From a virus (taxonomy: Duplodnaviria > Heunggongvirae > Uroviricota > Caudoviricetes), in the IMG/VR virus record IMGVR_UViG_3300037851_000307, positions 1 to 51,634 of that record: a stretch of 51,634 bases of DNA; one strand, written 5' to 3'. Under the pieces are notes generated by a model. That model saw only the letters and a list, made by a program, of their open reading frames with translations, was not told the origin of the DNA and did no database searches. This document shows, one piece after another, positions 47,905 to 51,634 of the stretch (the first letter of the stretch is position 1; each line of letters begins with the position of its first letter). The position numbers and the translations under genes were made by a program.

Positions 47905-48933
47905 ATGTCAAAGATCAATATCAACATGGATTCTTTAAAAGGTAAAAAAGAGTGGAAACGCCACAAGGTCAATCCTGGCCACAATACCTTTCGAATTCTT
48001 CCTCCATTCGGAGATCAAGCCAACGGTTACCCATACAAAAAATGGATGATTATCTGGGGAATGTTAGACCCTGAATCAGGTCGCATGCGCCCTTTCGCTA
48101 GTTCTTTAACTACTGAAAAGCGTTGTCCTGTGACTGAATACGTTGAAGCTTTACAGAAAAAAGCTGAGGCAATCAAAGGCCGCTTGCAAGCTGCTGGTAA
48201 ATCAGAAGCTGATATTAAGGAAGCCCTTAAAGGCATCAACAAAGTTATTGGCAATTTAAGACCAAAAACTGTTTATGCATATAATGCTGCAGACAAATCT
48301 GGCACAGTAGGTATTTTAGAAGTGAAATCTACTGCTCATAAAGTATTAAAAACTTTAATGATGACTTATATCAAGGATTACAATCAAGATCCAACGTCAT
48401 TAAACAGTGATCCAGATGATTCTGGGGTATGGTTTGATTTTATTCGAACTGGAGAAGGTTTTTCAACAGAATATGATGTTGAAAAGCTACAAATGAAAAC
48501 TAAAGTCAATGGTCAACTTACGTTTGTTGACGACAGATCACCTCTTCCTGAAAACGTTGTAGAAAACTACACAGATATGGCCTATGACCTATCATCTATT
48601 TATCAGATTAAGTCATACGATGATCTAAAAGAAATCTTAATGGCTAATCTTAAACAAATCGCTAAGGAGTGTCCAGATGCGATCGTGGATGGTTTCAGTG
48701 ATTTCTCGGGTGTCGGCGAAATTGAGACAGATGAAGGTGCGACGAATAGCCAATCGGGTTCTAAAGAAGCATCATCACGTGTTTCAACGACTCAGGGAAG
48801 CGGAACAAACGGAAAAGGAAAAGTAAATATCAACTTAAATGATGACGATGCAGATGACGAAGCAAAACCGACATCTAAAGCATCAGTTGACGATGATATC
48901 TTTGCTTTAGCAGACAATATTTTAAATAGCTAA
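47905..48933 (+). CDS. gp32-like single-stranded DNA-binding protein, ~342 aa
   Basis: NTFRILPP..CPVTEY..AYN..GILEV..G..F...GEG..TEY pattern with an acidic C-terminal tail. ATG 47905 follows AGGAG. Confidence 0.8.
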   Translation: MSKININMDSLKGKKEWKRHKVNPGHNTFRILPPFGDQANGYPYKKWMIIWGMLDPESGRMRPFASSLTTEKRCPVTEYVEALQKKAEAIKGRLQAAGKSEADIKEALKGINKVIGNLRPKTVYAYNAADKSGTVGILEVKSTAHKVLKTLMMTYIKDYNQDPTSLNSDPDDSGVWFDFIRTGEGFSTEYDVEKLQMKTKVNGQLTFVDDRSPLPENVVENYTDMAYDLSSIYQIKSYDDLKEILMANLKQIAKECPDAIVDGFSDFSGVGEIETDEGATNSQSGSKEASSRVSTTQGSGTNGKGKVNINLNDDDADDEAKPTSKASVDDDIFALADNILNS

Positions 48934-48944
48934 TTGGAGTTAAA

Positions 48945-49415
48945 ATGAGCGGCAAGTCGATAGAGACTGTCGAACACCAACTTCAAACATTAGATATCAC
49001 AAAGCTTGTAGAATACACGAGAAAAATCAGAGACATTGGGAGCCTCAATAAAATGATGGCTCCTATTTATCTGCGAGATTTTATTGAAGCTTATGATGTT
49101 ACTAATTCTATGTTGGCATCGGCAATAAAATGTGAATTGGATGCAGATACAATGCTAAAAACAGCTAAATCAATTGCTTACCTCGATAAGGCAAATGATT
49201 ATTTAGTTGATAAGGGTATTAAAGATTCGGCCTCTGCAAGAGAAAAATACGTAGATCTAGATCCTGATGTTATTAAGGCAGCTAATGTTAAAGCTAGATG
49301 TACTGCACTTGTTCATTTATTAAAGAACAAGATGCAAGAGTTTAGAATGGCGCATGACGACGTTAAGAAGTTGGTTTATGGAGATAATAACGGTAGTTCG
49401 TATGAAGGAATGTAA
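48945..49415 (+). CDS. UvsY-like recombination mediator, 156 aa
   Basis: Helical, with REKYVDLDPDV..LKNK..F..AH..VKK. Sits between the gp32-like and RecA genes. Confidence 0.55.
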   Translation: MSGKSIETVEHQLQTLDITKLVEYTRKIRDIGSLNKMMAPIYLRDFIEAYDVTNSMLASAIKCELDADTMLKTAKSIAYLDKANDYLVDKGIKDSASAREKYVDLDPDVIKAANVKARCTALVHLLKNKMQEFRMAHDDVKKLVYGDNNGSSYEGM

Positions 49416-49424
49416 GGAGAAATA

Positions 49425-49754
49425 ATGAAAAAAGTAAAGTTCACCAGTGCTAGTAAAAAAGAAAACGGTAAAGCAGCTACTACAACTGTAGATAGCTTAT
49501 TTGATGCTCTCACTGGATCAGTTGATCCACTAGAGTTAAGTAAAATTTGCCGCGCCTTATCTAAGCAAGGAACAGAAGCAATTTTAGATATTGAAGGTTA
49601 TCCTGTCGTATTTAAGGCAAATAGGGCCGACACAGATACACTTCGTGCTTCTTGTTTTCCAGCTGTGCTAAAGGCACCTAAAACTGGTAAAAATGGTCCA
49701 GTTTTGTATAAAGTAAATAGTGTACGCGTTATTAAAACCGTAACTGGAGTGTAA
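49425..49754 (+). CDS. Hypothetical basic protein, 109 aa
   Basis: AAGGAG Shine-Dalgarno; abuts recA. Confidence 0.7.
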   Translation: MKKVKFTSASKKENGKAATTTVDSLFDALTGSVDPLELSKICRALSKQGTEAILDIEGYPVVFKANRADTDTLRASCFPAVLKAPKTGKNGPVLYKVNSVRVIKTVTGV

Positions 49755-50864
49755 ATGTCTGTCGAAAAATGGATGTCTAAATTAACCAAAGATTTCGGAG
49801 CTGTTGCGGATTCTTTACCAGAACCAACTGATAAAGTAATTCCATTAGCTAGTCCATCTTTAAATTGGGCCATTGGTAACGGTGGTTTGATTGAAGGAAA
49901 GGCTATTTGTTTCTTTGGTGCTGAGTCTGGTGGTAAATCATTGTTAATGCAATTAACCCTGATTCAAATCCAAAAACAAGATCCAAATGCAATCTGTGTT
50001 TTATTTGATGCAGAATACGCTTTCAATAAAGCCTGGTTCAGGAAATTAGGTGGAGACCTTAACCGTTTAATTGTTCGTCAAACCAACGATCCAATCAAGA
50101 TATTTGATTATATCTATGGAGAAATGAATGAAATGGTACAAGAGGGCGCTCCAATTAAAGCAATCGCCATTGACTCTGTTAAGTCAATCAAATACCCTAA
50201 GGACAATAAGAAACAGTCTACCGATCTCACTATGGGCGGTGGTGGTGCTTCTTACCTTGGATCTGCTCTTAAACATGTTACTCCTGTAATTAGAGAGAAC
50301 AATATTACTTGTGTTTTGGTCCAACAGGTTTATGAAGAGATGGATCAATATAAGGCAATGAGAAATCCCTATAAGATTCCAGATGGTCGTGCTTTAAAGC
50401 ATTTTTGTGATTACATGGCACAAGTAGATAAACTTGAAACTAAAGACGGCATTGTTGAGATGGGTGAAAACCTTCATGGTGGTGCTGCGCAAATAGGCCA
50501 CAAGGTTCGTGTTAAGTTTAAAAAGAATAGAACAGCTGCTCCTTATAGGACTGCTCAATTTACTTTAAACTATGACAGTGGTATCGTGGATACTGGAAAT
50601 GAGACATTTGACTTAGGTAAAAGTTTAGGTGTAATTTTCCATCCAATCAATGAGGAAACCGGCAAAGAAAACGTTCAAATGTGGCAATTTGGTAATTATA
50701 AACCTATTAGAGGTGAAGCCAATATGCGCTCATTTGTAGTCAATGATGTCAAGGTGCAACAAGAGGTTCTTGATGCATGTAATGGCGTTAGTGATGCAGC
50801 CATTGATGCAAGGAATGCTGAAATGACCACTGTTGATGTTGATATTGATTTAGATGAAATCTAA
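49755..50864 (+). CDS. recA: RecA/UvsX recombinase, 369 aa
   Basis: GAESGGKS Walker A, FDAEYA, IAIDSV, LVQQV, GRALKH, KKNR and YDSGI motifs. Confidence 0.95.
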   Translation: MSVEKWMSKLTKDFGAVADSLPEPTDKVIPLASPSLNWAIGNGGLIEGKAICFFGAESGGKSLLMQLTLIQIQKQDPNAICVLFDAEYAFNKAWFRKLGGDLNRLIVRQTNDPIKIFDYIYGEMNEMVQEGAPIKAIAIDSVKSIKYPKDNKKQSTDLTMGGGGASYLGSALKHVTPVIRENNITCVLVQQVYEEMDQYKAMRNPYKIPDGRALKHFCDYMAQVDKLETKDGIVEMGENLHGGAAQIGHKVRVKFKKNRTAAPYRTAQFTLNYDSGIVDTGNETFDLGKSLGVIFHPINEETGKENVQMWQFGNYKPIRGEANMRSFVVNDVKVQQEVLDACNGVSDAAIDARNAEMTTVDVDIDLDEI

Positions 50865-50875
50865 GAAAGGTAAAT

Positions 50876-51463
50876 ATGCTTACTGCTATTGGCGACGTAA
50901 TGAGAGAATGTTATGAAAGAGGCTGGATTACAACAAGAGATGGCAACGCTAGCGTTCGCAGATGTGGTAGCAAGCATATCTATATTACGCCTAGTGGTAT
51001 TCGTAAGAATACTATTAGGGTTGAAGACATCATTAAGATGAAGATAAGCGACAATAATTTAATTATCCCAGATGGATCAAAGCCATCTGGGGAATTGCAT
51101 ATGCACTGGCTGCTGCAGCGTAATGCTACATCAACTAGAGCAGTTCTTCACGTCCATCCTACGCATGTTATAGCTGCTATGCATGCAGGTTGGGATTTAC
51201 AAGAATTGTGTAAGCCGTTTGCTGAGATATACAGATATACAAAAGTTGGCCCAAATGTTCCAGCTATTCCTGCTGTAACTGAAAAATTAGGTAACGTTAC
51301 GTATTTATCTATGTGTCCAAGAGATGTATTGGAATTTGACATTGTGGGTCAAGTTGGACACGGTGTATGTGCTGTAGATAAAGATCCATGGTCAGCATTT
51401 GAGCACGTTGAAAGACTTGATCATATTTGTGAAATCGTATTAAAAAGCGGAGTAAAACCATAA
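50876..51463 (+). CDS. Class II aldolase/adducin family protein (FucA/MtnB-like), 195 aa
   Basis: DGNASVR, YITPSG, PSGELHMH and AVLHVHP metal-binding motifs. Confidence 0.9.
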   Translation: MLTAIGDVMRECYERGWITTRDGNASVRRCGSKHIYITPSGIRKNTIRVEDIIKMKISDNNLIIPDGSKPSGELHMHWLLQRNATSTRAVLHVHPTHVIAAMHAGWDLQELCKPFAEIYRYTKVGPNVPAIPAVTEKLGNVTYLSMCPRDVLEFDIVGQVGHGVCAVDKDPWSAFEHVERLDHICEIVLKSGVKP

Positions 51464-51634
51464 GTGACCATATTGTTTATAGGCGATCCTCATTTAAAGA
51501 TTACTAGATTTGATCTAGCTGTAAACTTTCTTAAGTGGGCAAGTCAAAAAATCTTAGAATTAAAACCTGACATTGTTGTTAACTTAGGAGATACGTTTGA
51601 TACGCACGCGGTTGTACGAAGTGAGCTTCTCAAA
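51464..51634 (+). CDS. sbcD: SbcD/gp47-like metallophosphoesterase nuclease, N-terminus (3'-truncated)
   Basis: Hand translation from GTG: MTILFIGDPHLK..KPDIVVNLGDTFD. Confidence 0.85.
   Translation, partial: MTILFIGDPHLKITRFDLAVNFLKWASQKILELKPDIVVNLGDTFDTHAVVRSELLK

Noticed and set aside
43924-50864. Inteins or introns in dnaE/recA, or the HNH gene as an intron-encoded homing endonuclease
   Set aside because: Protein lengths and motif spacing are ordinary, no splice-junction motifs are evident, and the HNH gene is free-standing.
2176-51342. Antisense and overlapping ORFs in the track (e.g. 10320-10649, 14569-15156, 34327-34671, 41047-41568, 29326-29664, 51148-51342)
   Set aside because: They lie opposite well-supported genes, lack motifs and start signals, and look like codon-bias shadows.
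1-51634. Genome-wide amber recoding (code 15)
   Set aside because: Long conserved genes have no in-frame TAG, coding density is already near complete in code 11, and nine genes end cleanly at TAG next to the following start.

Overview
This ~51.6 kb AT-rich window is best read as part of a large (probably jumbo) contractile-tailed dsDNA phage genome in standard genetic code. Bases 1-26.9 kb are a + strand tail/baseplate operon: tape-measure C-terminus, hub, spike, tube initiator, LysM+gp25-like wedge, a ~2500-aa Baseplate-J, a wedge partner, a 1558-aa fibre/adaptor, several fibre/receptor-binding proteins and a fibre chaperone. Bases 26.8-30.0 kb are a - strand island with primase, a DnaB-like helicase and an unannotated 56-aa basic ORF with an ArfA-like motif. 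Bases 30.0-35.4 kb hold a UvsW-like helicase, a probable virion protein, an M15 peptidase (endolysin-like), a Pth2-like gene, two unusual CCA-ended RNA genes and a hairpin-rich intergenic element. Bases 35.4-51.6 kb hold replication, recombination and metabolism genes: DEDDh exonuclease, dUTPase, degenerate DNA methyltransferase, GroEL-like chaperonin, SbcC, HNH, DnaE, gp32-like SSB, UvsY-like protein, RecA, class II aldolase and the start of SbcD. The most unusual signals concern translation: an amber (CUA) tRNA on a glycine-type body in a region that still uses TAG as stop; a tRNA-like RNA with a 13-bp acceptor+T branch and a UAU loop; a Pth2-like gene right before them; an ArfA-like small ORF; tandem Met-Pro-stop minigenes before the SSB gene; and a recurring G-TATAAT-N6-start geometry that implies leaderless mRNAs. 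All product calls come from motif recognition by eye; no database search was run.
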